Under the pieces are notes generated by a model, which worked only from the letters and a program-made list of their open reading frames with translations, had not been told where the DNA came from and ran no database searches. From Callorhinchus milii (taxonomy: Eukaryota): a DNA stretch of 64,000 nucleotides. The stretch is from contig NW_024704750.1 of NCBI RefSeq assembly GCF_018977255.1, forward strand, positions 14,074,001 through 14,138,000, read 5' to 3'. The position numbers and the translations under genes are program-made. The stretch's first letter is position 1. The number at the start of each line of letters is the position of its first letter. This document shows, in pieces, positions 50,821 through 62,423 of this stretch.

Positions 50821-51634
50821 AAGGTTCAGTTTGTCGTTCATGTGTCATTATTGAATAGCCTATTAAACCAGAAAGATTCCAGTTTAAACAGCTGATGGCA
50901 CAGTGTAAAACACAGAACTGTGAAGCTGGATTTGATCCTTAGTTCGCCCAAAAATATAACGCTGGCAAAATCTTCAAGAATGCCAGCTGCATAACTAGGG
51001 ATCTTTTTATATCCCTAGGAATTATACAGAATATTAATATATTAACTATTGAAAAGATCTGTAGTTGCTTTGGTTACTATCAGATCTGTGAATTAGGATA
51101 ATAGCTAATGGGTTATAAAAGACCATGTTATGGAGATGAAGGCAGCAATAGTGGAGTAATTATATCTATCCACCCAGTCTTTAGAAAAGGTTATACAAAT
51201 GTTCAACATTCAATTGTAATTTTACCCATATTTATCTTTCAAAATAAACTTAGAGGCAATGATTTCCTGTCAGAGGAAAAAGCAGCGGAATCATTCTTAA
51301 AATCTTCTTGTAATGTATACAATTCAAGGTATCCCTTGGGATTAGAAGCAGTAATCCAGACTAAAGTTCATCTGATAATGAAACCCTGTAACATTTTTGC
51401 CTTTCTAAATCTCTCAATTGGATTACTGCCTTTTATCCTTTGGTCCTCTATAGGAACAACAAATGATTTAAAGTTACAAGATCACCTATTATGTAATTAC
51501 ATTTCAAATATGTTATCCATTCAGTAGATTTAGTCCATTGTGGGTTTCAAGAGGGAAGTAGGCAGCTACATGCAAACTGGAGGCTTGAAGGGGTATCGAG
51601 ATGACGCACGGCAATGAGATTGAATGAATATCTT

Positions 51635-51695
51635 GTGCCTTGGGACGTCCTCCCGACGTGAAAGCCACTCTATAAATGGAATCTTGTTGTTGTTG
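51635..51695 (+). mobile_element. L2 type A tail inserted in a CR1 3' remnant
   Basis: gtgccttgggacgtcctcccgacgtgaaagccactctataaatggaatcttgttgttgttg; the flanks resemble a CR1 3' UTR (tggactcaatgggctaaatgactttcttctgtgctgtaa). Confidence 0.8.
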
Positions 51696-52639
51696 CTCTG
51701 AGAACTGGTGTGGACTCAATGGGCTAAATGACTTTCTTCTGTGCTGTAAATTTTCGTAATATATGTTTCTCAACTTGGTTTAGCTTGAAATACAGATGTA
51801 TGAGTTTTGTTTGGGTTTGGTGTGACATTTATTGGAATTGTGAATATCCCCTTAAAAAAGCTCATTTCCATGATAATCGGATGTGTATTGCGTGAGGAGA
51901 CTACTTTTTGCTCAAGTGAGGGCATAAAAATTAATGGTCAGAAGATGGCAACATTTATGGAGATCCGATTACTTTCCAATGGGTGTAGAGTGAATGGTTT
52001 GAGAGAGATGGCATAATATTTGTTTTTCCTCTGCACAGGATGACTGCACATTGTATGCAAAAAAGACAACTTGGTTGGTAGAATTGGATTCATGTACAAA
52101 TTAAATAAGGGCCAAGGATTTGTGCGATGTTATGCATGGTGGAAGGAGGCAACTATTGTACAGACCTCCAGAGCCTATGGGTCTTGTTTGAGTTGAGGCA
52201 CGATGTGCTCAGTGAACATTAATTGAGAGACGAGCTACCAAAATGTAATTACATTTTATAATGTGATAAACACTGGCTAAACTTCAGCAGAAATTGGATT
52301 TGAAGAGTTACTTGGCTTGGAGGGTAAGGACTGGCTGTCTACAAGTGGGAAGAATTGACAGACATTTAAAGTGAATGGTGCAAAGAAGTAAATGGAATCT
52401 TGTTGTTGTTGTAAACAGATATTACATTATAGTGGTTTGAAAAGAGCATAAAAGCAGAGCACAATCAACATTACAAATGGTGTTCAGTGATACTTAAATA
52501 CACCTCCAAAAGAGGCTTCAAAGCATTTTATACACATGAAATTCATCACAGTGCTGAGATAAATAAACAGAAGCAGATTGCGGGAAAGAGCAATTCCCTT
52601 CTGAAGATCACGTGCAAGATCATAAGATCACACAGAAGA

Positions 52640-53045
52640 TCGTTTTGGATGACCTGTCTGCCCATCTGATTTGATCCCCTCATAACACTAACCCTACCAT
52701 CCTCTTTATCACAGTATCAAGCTGCTATTGAACAAATCCAGTGTCCTGACTTCAACCACCCTTCCTGGCATCTAGCCCAGAAAATACACAGTCAATTCAC
52801 TTTCCAGTATATTCTCTGAAGCGCTTTGAGATGTCTTGAAGACATAATGAGGCATTATATCAAATGCAAGGATTATTATTATTATCTCTGTTCCAGTTGT
52901 TAATTACACTCCAGATAATGAAAAAAACTCCTGGCATCATTCTTGAATCTACCCCTTAACACTCTAAACCTACATCTTTTTGTTTACAGCCTTGGAGCTT
53001 ATGAAATGAAAGTGGCTGGGTTTACTTTTTTAAATCCGATTTACA
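52640..53045 (-). mobile_element. CR1 3' fragment split by a SINE tail (+, 52780-52883)
   Basis: atcacagtatcaagctg…ccagtgtcctgacttcaaccacccttcctggc | SINE tail | ctgttccagttgttaattacactc…. Confidence 0.7.
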
Positions 53046-53524
53046 ATTTTATTGAATCCACAACCTTTTATTGAACCCACAACCTTCTGACTCAGTGAGA
53101 GAGCTACCAACTGAGCCAGGCTGGCATCTTGAAGGATTCCAAATATCCACACATATATCTACAGAAGCAAAAAAGGATGAATAAGTAAAAGTAACAATTT
53201 TCTGGAAGAGAGGATGGGCAGAGAAAACAAAATTGGTGAAAAAAAACCTTATGGAGCACGCAAATATAATGTGTTAGATTTTATGGTACTTAAACTCAAG
53301 GCTGTGAGTGGTTTCAGTGCAGCGATCACAAAAATTGTAAGTTATTTAAAGAAAAATTGGAAGAGACAGAATGGAACCGTATTGCATCGTCTCAGATTGT
53401 GAAGGACATACAAGCAAGTTTTTGTTATGATTATGCTGTCGCTAAATAGTGCTGCTCTGTGGAGTCTAGGGCATGAATGTAAATTGAACTGTACACGGAC
53501 TGGAATTTTATTCCCAAATTCTGG

Positions 53525-53878
53525 ACAGACTCTGAGAAGTTTTCTTTACTCAGACGGTATTTAATGGCTGGTTTCCAGGAAAGGTGATTAAGAACAGGAC
53601 ACTGGATTCATTTGAAAAACAGCCTGATGCTGTGATGGTAGGACAATATGGTGGGTATTCTGGAGGGATGAGATCAGATGGGCCGAAGGGCCTTCTTCAT
53701 CCGAAACGATCCTGTGAGATATCCTGTGAAGCACTTTGAGATGTCTTCACAAAGTGAAAAGTGCCATTTTGTCCACAAAACATACAGTCAATTCACTTTG
53801 CAGTATATTCTGTGAAGCGCTTTGAGATATCTCAAAGACATGATAAGGCGCTATATCAAATGCAAGGATTATTATTAT
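53525..53878 (+). mobile_element. CR1 3' end (53525-53715) followed by two SINE tails (53718-53878)
   Basis: agaagttttctttactcagacggt…ggacactggattcatttgaaaaacagcctgatgctgtgatgg…gatgggccgaagggccttcttcatc, then …aaatgcaaggattattatt. Confidence 0.75.
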
Positions 53879-54699
53879 ATCATAGCAGAAATCAAAAGCA
53901 GAGGAAAGTGAGGCAGACAGTTCTGCTGAGGCCAAAAGGGACAGATAGAGGGAAAAAGCTTTGGCAACTTACAGACAGTATTCTTCATAGAGCTATCGAG
54001 GAGGAAATAAGTGAACATGGAAGACAACAGAGCTCAGGATGTTTAAAGGAGAGATGCAGAAAGTAGGCAGTGAAAGAGCTCAAAGATTGACTATTCCAAA
54101 TATCTGAGTGTTTGTTGGATTTATCCAGGGAGTATGCCTCTACAAAAATAAAAAGGTTTAATGAGTAAAAGTAGTGACTTTTTGGAATTATAATGGAGAG
54201 GTTTGTCCGAACTATGCAAATGAAGAGAGACTGGAAAACAGAGAAAATTTAGAGGGGACGTTTGGAGGAGGATAGAAAGAAATTAAAAGAAAAAAATGGA
54301 GATACTTGAATGAAGAAAAAAAGCTATCATAACTATGGTAATGAGACTGTTAAGTAACATGAACAGCGGAAGGAAAGTGGATGTTCATTTGTCTGCAACA
54401 TGTGACAGAAGCCAAGTAATAATATGAAAATTGGTTGTGAAAGGAATGCCGAGGGAGAGAATGGGTCTGTGAGACAGAAGAATGGGCTGGCAAAAGGGAA
54501 ATCTCCCCAAAATGATTAAAAATTGCAGTGTCGGAAAAAGTGCAAAAGTAATTCATAAAGTGACAAGCCCAACCAGCGATGGGTTGTGGAGCGGTATAAC
54601 CCGATCTTACATCTTGTGAAATGGAATGAATGGACCTAGTGGGTAAATGGCAATGTCCAGTGTTGTGTTAAATTGCGCAGAACAGAAAAGTATCCATCA

Positions 54700-54962
54700 T
54701 TCGGGTTATGGTGAGTTAGTGGATTTGATCTGGGGTAGCGACTTTGCTGGGGAAGAGGACAGAGAAAAGAGAAAGAAATCAAAAGACAGCCCATTCCTAA
54801 CCTGTATGTAGGGACATGTGGGCCTCTGGACATTGCGTGTTCTACCTCAGCAGTTGATCAGTCTGACTGCATTCCGTGTCCAGACTCATACATCAAGACC
54901 TGGGGCATGTACTCCAGCAAGGGAATTAGTGCATCAACGGAGGAGGAGAAGAGAAAATTGGC
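54700..54962 (+). mobile_element. AmnSINE2/UCON3-like SINE, diverged
   Basis: tgagttagtggatttgatctggggtagc…gtgtccagactcatacat…gtactccagca…gaggaggagaagagaaaattgg matches the remembered 5' and 3' blocks. Confidence 0.5.
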
Positions 54963-55269
54963 AGGGAAAGAAATGAAGTTAATGGAAGGTAAATGGCCAG
55001 TTATAGCACAGGATCTTATTTGACATAATGCCTGTAGTGGAGTGATAAGAGACAATGCACTGCAATTATTTTGCTGGATATGCATTGCTTGGTTTCTGGA
55101 CTCACTGCCCCTCCCCAAATCTAAACATGCTCAGAGCTCTGCTATCCAGCACTGAATATAGGTTGTTACTTTAAACCACCACCAAAATCCTTAAGGATGA
55201 TCTGTTGGAGCTTACAGGAACTTTTCAATGTTATCACTGGCTTAAGAGCTTGCTTCGCAATGCAATATG

Positions 55270-55558
55270 TAATCCTTGCATTTGATAGAGCGCTTTAGCA
55301 TTGCATTTGATTATAGCTGTGTCAAAATGTCTCTTAGCGCTTCCCAGAATATATGGGATATGGGATCTTAACATCCACCTGGATGGGGATATCGGTTTAA
55401 CAGCTCATCTGAAGGATGACACTTCTGCAGCACCTCTTTCAGCACTACATTGAAGTGTCAATATACACTATAGGGAATTCCAAGTCCCGACATAGAGCTT
55501 GAATCCAAAACTTTCTGACTCAGAGACGAGAGTGCTACCAACTAAACCAGGTTGACAC
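55270..55558 (-). mobile_element. Deu-SINE with internal deletion
   Basis: The tail is joined to atgggatcttaacatccacctg…ttctgactcagagacgagagtgctaccaactaaaccaggttgacac. Confidence 0.8.
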
Positions 55559-56274
55559 AATATGGATCAATGTACCATGAACAATGTACAAAATCTTCAA
55601 GTTGCTATTGATCAAAATGGCTGAATTCAAATTTATCAGAAGCTTCTTTCTGAATTATTCCAGCACTTTTTAAAAAAAATACTTTGCACAGATTTCCTTA
55701 ATCACAACAAATGCTGATAGAACACTGTGCTCTGTCTGGAGTTAGGTTACAGGGTGCAAAACCTTGAGTGGCTAGACACTATCTCTCCAAGTTATAGCAC
55801 TCGACTGAATCAGGGACTTTGTACATGACACCGCAGATACAGGCAGCCAAAGTTTCATCAATTCAATGCAATGAATTGAATCAATTAAATTAATATCAAT
55901 GAATCGCTCCAAATTGTGCAGTACAGGTGCAGCAGGCAAGAGAGAGATTGACACATTGTCCAGAGGGAGCATTGCTTCAAAAGCTCAGTAATGGACCAAT
56001 TGCCCAAATTGCTTGATTTACACACTTTTATTTGTTCCACTTTTCTACAATCTTTCATTACTGACACAAATTGGGCATCCAAGGAAAGGCAACCCAGGCT
56101 GCTGTATCACAATATTGATAACAAAATGTAACTTGATACTGTGACAACTCCCTGGTGTGAAGGGCTTAAAAACTTGATGCAGTTTAATCCTTTGTTCGAG
56201 GAAATGCAGATTCATTAACCAAATGAAACTTTGTAAAGTTAGCTCTTTTACTAGGATCGAAGGCACTTCACAAT

Positions 56275-56420
56275 CTCTCATTCGAAAGATGGCGATTCCA
56301 ACAATGCAGCAGTCCCCCAGCACTGCACTGGAGTGCCAGCCAAGCCCCTGAGATCAAAGTCCCAATGTAGAGCATGAACTACAACCTTCTGACTCATGTG
56401 TAAGAGTGCTACTGACTGAT
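56275..56420 (-). mobile_element. Deu-SINE 5' fragment
   Basis: tctcattcgaaagatggc…caacaatgcagc…cactgcactggagtgccagc…caaccttctgactc…gagtgctac. Confidence 0.75.
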
Positions 56421-57173
56421 TTTTTTGGGGGTGAGATGGGTGTCTGACATTCTGCAAACATCCACGAGCATGCTTAAGAATATCCAAACCAAACTGGGCA
56501 GGCTGATGCTTGAATTACAGGATCATAGAATGCCATCATCATTCATCTCATCTGTTTTCCTCCCTGAGCCACCTGATTGAATCCCCCTTCCCTGTGCACA
56601 TCTTATCCTACGTCGGTGTATGGCATTTATCCATATGGGGACATTTATAAATATTTAATGAAATGTGTTTTTAATTGTCCCAGTAATACTGCAGTCAGCA
56701 CTGAACTATATAAACAGTTTTACATGTGACAAGTGCAGAACTTGGATCTTGCAGGCTTTCCAAATTTTGGAATCAATAGTTGTTGCCTTTAATGAGATTT
56801 TGAAATGCGAGACTATTGATTTAATTCCCTATATATAACACAACAAACCACCAGATCGTGCTTAACAAGTTAAATCCTGTTTCTAACTCACCTCCAGCCA
56901 GCGCCAGTGCTGGATCAAAAGAGAAATTTAAAGTGTCAAAGGTTTGTGTAGTTCTTAGGCTTTAAACTGGGACACCACATTAAGAGACTGCGGCCATAGT
57001 GTCAAACTATCAGCAAGGTTACAGAAAGTAGATGAGAGGGCAAGATAAATAATGAAATCACAATAATCCTTGCATTTGATATAGTACCTTTTATCGGAAA
57101 GGCAAAATCAAATGAAATTCGGGGGAAAATAGATACCACAAACAAGTAGATAAATATTAGCATATACATTTTA

Positions 57174-57394
57174 GGTCAGAAATTCCATCTCGGCTTAGTA
57201 TGTAAAACTCCTTCGCTTAACTTTCATATGTGCAGAAAATTCTGACATTTAATCTGAATTGAAAGCTAGTTCTTCTGAAGAACTGCAGAACACCAGCCTC
57301 TGAATTAAGGCTGAATTGAAGAATTGTCCATAATTCTGCACGATCTTGAAGTTTAAGACAATATGGTTTTCCAGGTTAGGAACAATTTGGGGCT
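57174..57394. mobile_element. Decayed palindromic MITE-like element
   Basis: Arms cttaactttcatatgtgcagaa / ttctgcacgatcttgaagtttaag flank a perfect central agttcttc-t-gaagaact; termini are ggtcagaaatt / aatttggggc. Confidence 0.45.
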
Positions 57395-58009
57395 TCTTGT
57401 ATTAAATCCCAAATTTGAGAGAAACAGATGGTATACCAAATAGTCTTGTGCCAATCCACCTTGGTCTGACCCCATCCTCACCCCATCCACCTCCTCATAT
57501 CCAGGTACTAGTTGGGAGTAGGTTGGAGGTGGGGAGCTGAAAATTCTGAAATATGCACAAAGATATTGTTTTGCTCTCGTCAGCTGCAGATTTCTCTGTG
57601 GCCATGTGTAAGTAACACTGAGACCAAAATAGCTCAGCAGCTGTCAAATGGAACTTGCTTGCAGTCACATAACATCAGCACAGCTCGCTGCGGTTCTGAA
57701 TACTGAAGGAACGCTGATAGTAGCAAAAAAAATTGTAAACTTAAGAACTTCCTTTTTGATTGTGCTTTTAGTCACCTCTACTTCATGAAAAGAAGCAAGT
57801 CGGTTCTCATAATACTTTTGAGCCTATGAGGCCTTAAGTGTTTCCAGAAGTGGTTATGAAACAGTCGGCATTTATTTTAACAAATATGTACAACACTGGG
57901 AAATTTGAAGGAAATTCAGAGCCTTCCACAGCTTGTCAGAAAGATTTGAGGAAATGGTGAAACAGTGTTTGCAGTTACTGTGTGTGTGTCTGCTTCCACC
58001 AATCATTAC

Positions 58010-58480
58010 ATTCAATATAACGGCTTTCACATTGGGAGGACCGTCTTAAAGTGTTTCACAGGAGTTGTAACTTGTAGGGGCTGAGTATTTTGTAGGTGAA
58101 CGTGGCAGCCAATTCATGCACAGTGATGTCCCACAAACAGTTGTTAATACAGTTTATAAATTTATAAAGCATCATTCATGTCAAGCGGACATCTCAAACC
58201 TCATTCACAGTGCTGGCTGGGCACCCGAGCTGAGGGGAAAGATGACCAAAAGTGTGGTCAAAGAGGTACATTTTGAGAGCGCTCTTAAGGATTGGAGGAG
58301 CAAATTGGAGGGACTCTGGCATAGAATTCCAGAAAATAGGGGTAGACTGGCTGAATGACCAATTTTAGTAATAGTACCATGGGATCTTTAACATCCGCCT
58401 GAACAGACAGACTGGACCTCAGGTTAACATTACATCTGAAGAAGGGAGTGCTCCACCAGGCTCACACTGGAGTGTCAGCA
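58010..58480 (-). mobile_element. Mosaic of a Deu-SINE tail, an L2 3' fragment and a Deu domain
   Basis: 58010-58140 SINE tail; 58190-58355 L2 end; 58370-58480 atagtaccatgggatctttaacatcc…ctggagtgtcagc. Confidence 0.65.
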
Positions 58481-58790
58481 GAGACAATTTTAGTGCCCCT
58501 ACTGCTTATGTGGGGATGTAGCACAGTGGCATGATGAGTTCCTGGCTTTATTTCTGGCAACTCCAAATGGGGTACAACCATCTCAAGTTGGAATGATCCC
58601 TTTAAGTGCTCTGAGACACGAGACATGTGAAGGGCGCTATATAAATGCAAGTTGTTATTGTTGCCACACCAGTTGAGATCACGAAACTCAACATAGGTTG
58701 TGAATCAAACCTGTAACCTCCTTGGTCTGTATGGTTCAATAACTCACTGGATAAACTTGCTGAGCCCACATGGGGCAATCACATAACAAC
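58481..58790 (-). mobile_element. AmnSINE2-like 5' part interrupted by an insertion that includes an L2 tail (58598-58662)
   Basis: gagacaattttagtgcccctactgc (58481-58506) resumes as gccacaccagttgagatc…aacctccttggtctgtatggttca…ctgagcc; the reverse complement matches the remembered CCATACAGACCAGGAAGGTCCCAGGTTCGATCC head. Confidence 0.6.
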
Positions 58791-59349
58791 AATTATAACT
58801 GGCATTTCCAGCCTTGCCGACACAGTACTCCAAATAGCTTAGAAGGAATAACTGCTTTGTTAGCTCTGACAGTAAAAAAAAATCAGCAGCCGAATCAGAT
58901 CTCTCTTAATATGGCTAATACGAAGCAGCAGGTAACAGATGCTTCCAGCACTCTCACCTACGCACTTCTTTGCTCGCCATCACACCTCCGATTTCCCACA
59001 TGGCAGGCTTGTCAGCATGTAGAAAAACAAGAGAGCAGAGTTTCTGCTAGGAGCTTGGGGAAAAACCATTGCAAAAATGAGCAAGAAAATCTAACTTCAT
59101 TAAAAGATAGATTACAAGCTCAGGGGCGTCTTGCTTTGGGGGAGGGGTGGGGCACAGAGACAGAAAACACACAAATAGAAGACACAATAGTATTCCAAAT
59201 GAGCAAAGAATGCTCTTAGAGTGGTGTTTTCTGAAATATTTTGCACAGATCGTTTCTCATATAGAGGAGTTCTTTCGCTGCATCATTCATTGAGCATCAT
59301 TTTTGAAGCTTTGAAATTTGGGCTCCAAAGTTGTATTATGTCCCACAAA

Positions 59350-60042
59350 CAGTCAGTTTTTGATCGACATTCTTGCGCTCACTAAAACCTGGCTCTCCCC
59401 CAGGGAACCTGTCCCTCTGATGGAAGCCTTCTCCCGACCCCTCACCCCCTGCAACATCTTTCACCACACACACACACACACCCCTCTGCCCAAATTGACA
59501 CAACAGCGGGGTGACCCTCCTCCTCTTCTCCCTCCTCTCATCCCTCGGCCTCTGCACTGAACATCTGTTCATAATGGATTATTTCAATCTCCACCTAAAC
59601 TCCTCTTGCCCCATCTCCTCTGACTTCACTGCCCTCCTCTCCACACTAAATCTCACCCTCCACATAAACTCCCAGACCCAACTGTGCCACCCCCTCGACC
59701 ATGTTATCACTTACAGCCTTGACATCTCCGATCTGTCCATCACAGACAAGACCATCTTAGACCATTTTCTCATCTTCCGCTGCTCACGCTTCCCCCTCCC
59801 CTCTTCCAAGCCCTCCACCATCTTTTTCTGAAGTTGGAATAAGCATCCACCCGAGTCCATCCTCTATCTCTCTGCCTTACCCCTTCCTTCCCCATGTTCA
59901 GATCGCACCTAAAGACCTTCCTCTTCGACTGTACCTATGGTCACCTCCCCCTTCCCCCGGCTCGGCCTCGTGCTCCGCTACTGTCAAGCACTCGGAGATG
60001 CTACCTTGCGTGAGTTGCGCTATATAAATGTAAATTGTTTTT
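59350..60042 (+). mobile_element. L2 element: AP-endonuclease domain fused to the 3' end, RT deleted
   Basis: IDILALTKTWL (ALTETWL), MDYFNLH (GDFNLH), HPLDHV and DHFLI (SDH) motifs; from about 59900 cacctaaagaccttcctcttcgac plus a type B tail. Confidence 0.88.
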
Positions 60043-60064
60043 GTTATAATAAAGTGAATGGCCA

Positions 60065-60287
60065 ATTTGATGAGCGGGAATGGAAACATCTCTTCTGGAA
60101 TCTTAAACACCACTTGAACAGGTAAACAGAACCTTAGTTTAACATCTCATCTGAAAGACGGCACCTTTGACAATGCAGCACTGCACTGCCAGCCTGGATT
60201 GCAAATTTAAATTCTTGACATGGAGGTTGAACCCACGATCTTCTGATTCTCAGGTGAGAATATTACTGACTGAGCCTGGCTGACACA
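60065..60287 (-). mobile_element. Deu-SINE 5' half
   Basis: tttaacatctcatctgaaagacggcacctttgacaatgcagcac…gaacccacgatcttctga…actgagcctggctgacac. Confidence 0.8.
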
Positions 60288-60802
60288 ATTGCAATGCTGG
60301 GCAAACTGAAGGTTGGGCTTGGACATCCCCTGGACATGCTAGTTAACCAGGTCGTAACCAATCCACAGACACCAGAACACCACCGCATGCTCACTGGGCT
60401 GATGAACAGCTTACACCAGTGCACCTTACTCTGCGAACCATCTGATGAACTATCATATGGAACAGAAGCATCACTGCCATTGTTCTGGCCAAGTGGAATT
60501 GATTGATTGGTTAGGGAAATGCATTCACTCGTCTAAGACGCTGCCAATTTTCAAGGGATGCTCTCATTATTTTCACTTTGGCTCAGAACTTCTCATAAGG
60601 AGCAGCTAATTGCTTTTTCTGTCTGTCTGCAGTCTAACAGCAGAGTCCATTAGTTGGCCTTGAATAGAAACCCATTAAAGTGTCCCCACAAAATTATTTG
60701 CTTCTTGCTCTATGTTGCTTAAATAATCATGTAACCTCCGTGTCGTGTGCAATTCTAGATTTTAGGGAAGCAGCTGTGTATAAATGACAACAAACATGCT
60801 CA

Positions 60803-61275
60803 GAATAAGCCTTGCATTTCACATAGCACCTTATGTCGTGATGATATCTCAAAGCACTTCATAACAACACTTGCATTTATATATTCACATGGGGCACCAT
60901 CTCAGAGCACTTATGCTTCACAGAATTTTACTGTGAAATGTAGTGACTGTGTTTTGTAGATGAGCCCAGTAGCCAATTTGTGCATAGCGATGTCCCACAA
61001 ACAGCTATGAAGTGAATGATCAATTTTATCTGGGCCAGGACACCAGGAAAAACTCCCTTTTCTTTTCGGATAACGCCATCAGATCTTTAACTTCCACTTG
61101 AAAAGGCACACTTGATTTATTGTCTCAAATGAAGGCTGGCACCTCCAATAATGTTGCACTCTCTTTCTCACTGTATTGGAGTTTCAGCCTAGACTGACTC
61201 CAAGCATCAATGTGGGGCTTGAACCCACAGCCTTTTGACTCAGAGGCGAGATTGCTACCAGCTGAGCCAACCTGA
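60803..61275 (-). mobile_element. Full-length Deu-SINE with a small L2 tail inserted (about 60861-60914)
   Basis: Tail, Deu domain and head (…ttgaacccacagccttttgactcagaggcgag…ctgagccaacctga) are all present. Confidence 0.85.
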
Positions 61276-62423
61276 TGCTTAGTTCGTTTACTTTGGAAGT
61301 GAATAGGCCTCAACCACTAAACCTGTCAATGGACTTCTACGATGACAAACACAATAGTCTGCATTTATACAGCACCCTTCATGCGGGAAAGCGTCTCGGA
61401 GCACTTAAAATAATTGAATGAGATTAATCAGCAGATGTGGGGGTTGACCATGTAATAAGTTGTGACAGGAAATCAGACTTTGTGTCTAGAATGCTGTTGA
61501 CAAAAGCTTATGACAAGTGGTTACAATGCAGGAAGGAGACCATTCTCATCACCCAGAGCAGAGTAACAAAAGAAAAGCATGGCTGAAGTGTCACAAGAAT
61601 CAACAGTGACTGAGACAGCTAGTTTTTCATGCAGCAAAATAATTTTCCTTTCCAGAGATGACAAGACCATTAAGAATGCCAGCCTTTGATGTGACTGTAT
61701 TAATCTTAATTTCACAAAAGAAAATAACACTCCTGGACCTTTCGCATTTATGTTTTGCAAATTATTTTCTCTTCTTAGACTGCCCGATAAAAGCAAAGTT
61801 ACAAAAGTGGCAAACTTATCAAGAAGATAATTAAATACCCAAATGCCCTTTTTGGGGGGCAGACAAACACTCAGTCAACACCAGTCTCTGGAGTCAAACA
61901 TGCAATTAGATCATGTCAAAATCCCTTTTTGAGGCAGTTTTATATTTCCCTTCAACCCCAATAGGAGACTTTTGTTCTCCCCCAGGAAGTGATTCACTCT
62001 AAAGAAACCTTTTACAGGAAGGGACAGGGGTTAAAATACAGTATGTGAAAACAAGAGAGTAAATACTCCTCAGCATCCATCAAGGATGAACAGCAGTTTG
62101 ATCGATTCTGCCAGGGAGCAGTGAAACAGAGATGAATACTGCTTTAGGTACTAAAAGTGCTGGAGTCAGCTTGGCCAGGGGGCTGCAGGACAATTATGGA
62201 TTTCTGTGCAATCTGTTCGCTTTTGTTAAAATAGGTGAGTAGAACTTGAAACCAGTTTGTCACTTAAAGTAACTTACAGCTATCGATCCGCCCCCTTAAT
62301 TTATACCAGTGGGAAAACAGCAAGGCTTGAAAACATTGCTCCTAAACCCATACTATGTTTACAGTTGTTCAGCAAAGAATTTTGCAGCCTCTCAGTCTGC
62401 CGTCAACATACACACGTTATTTT

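Noticed and set aside
51108-51527. 139-aa ORF in AT-rich DNA
   Set aside because: No recognisable domain; FRKGYTNVQH faintly resembles CR1 FQKAFDKVPH, suggesting an ancient LINE relic or a chance ORF.
58770-59219. 149-aa ORF
   Set aside because: Starts inside a SINE head; no recognisable homology or splice context.
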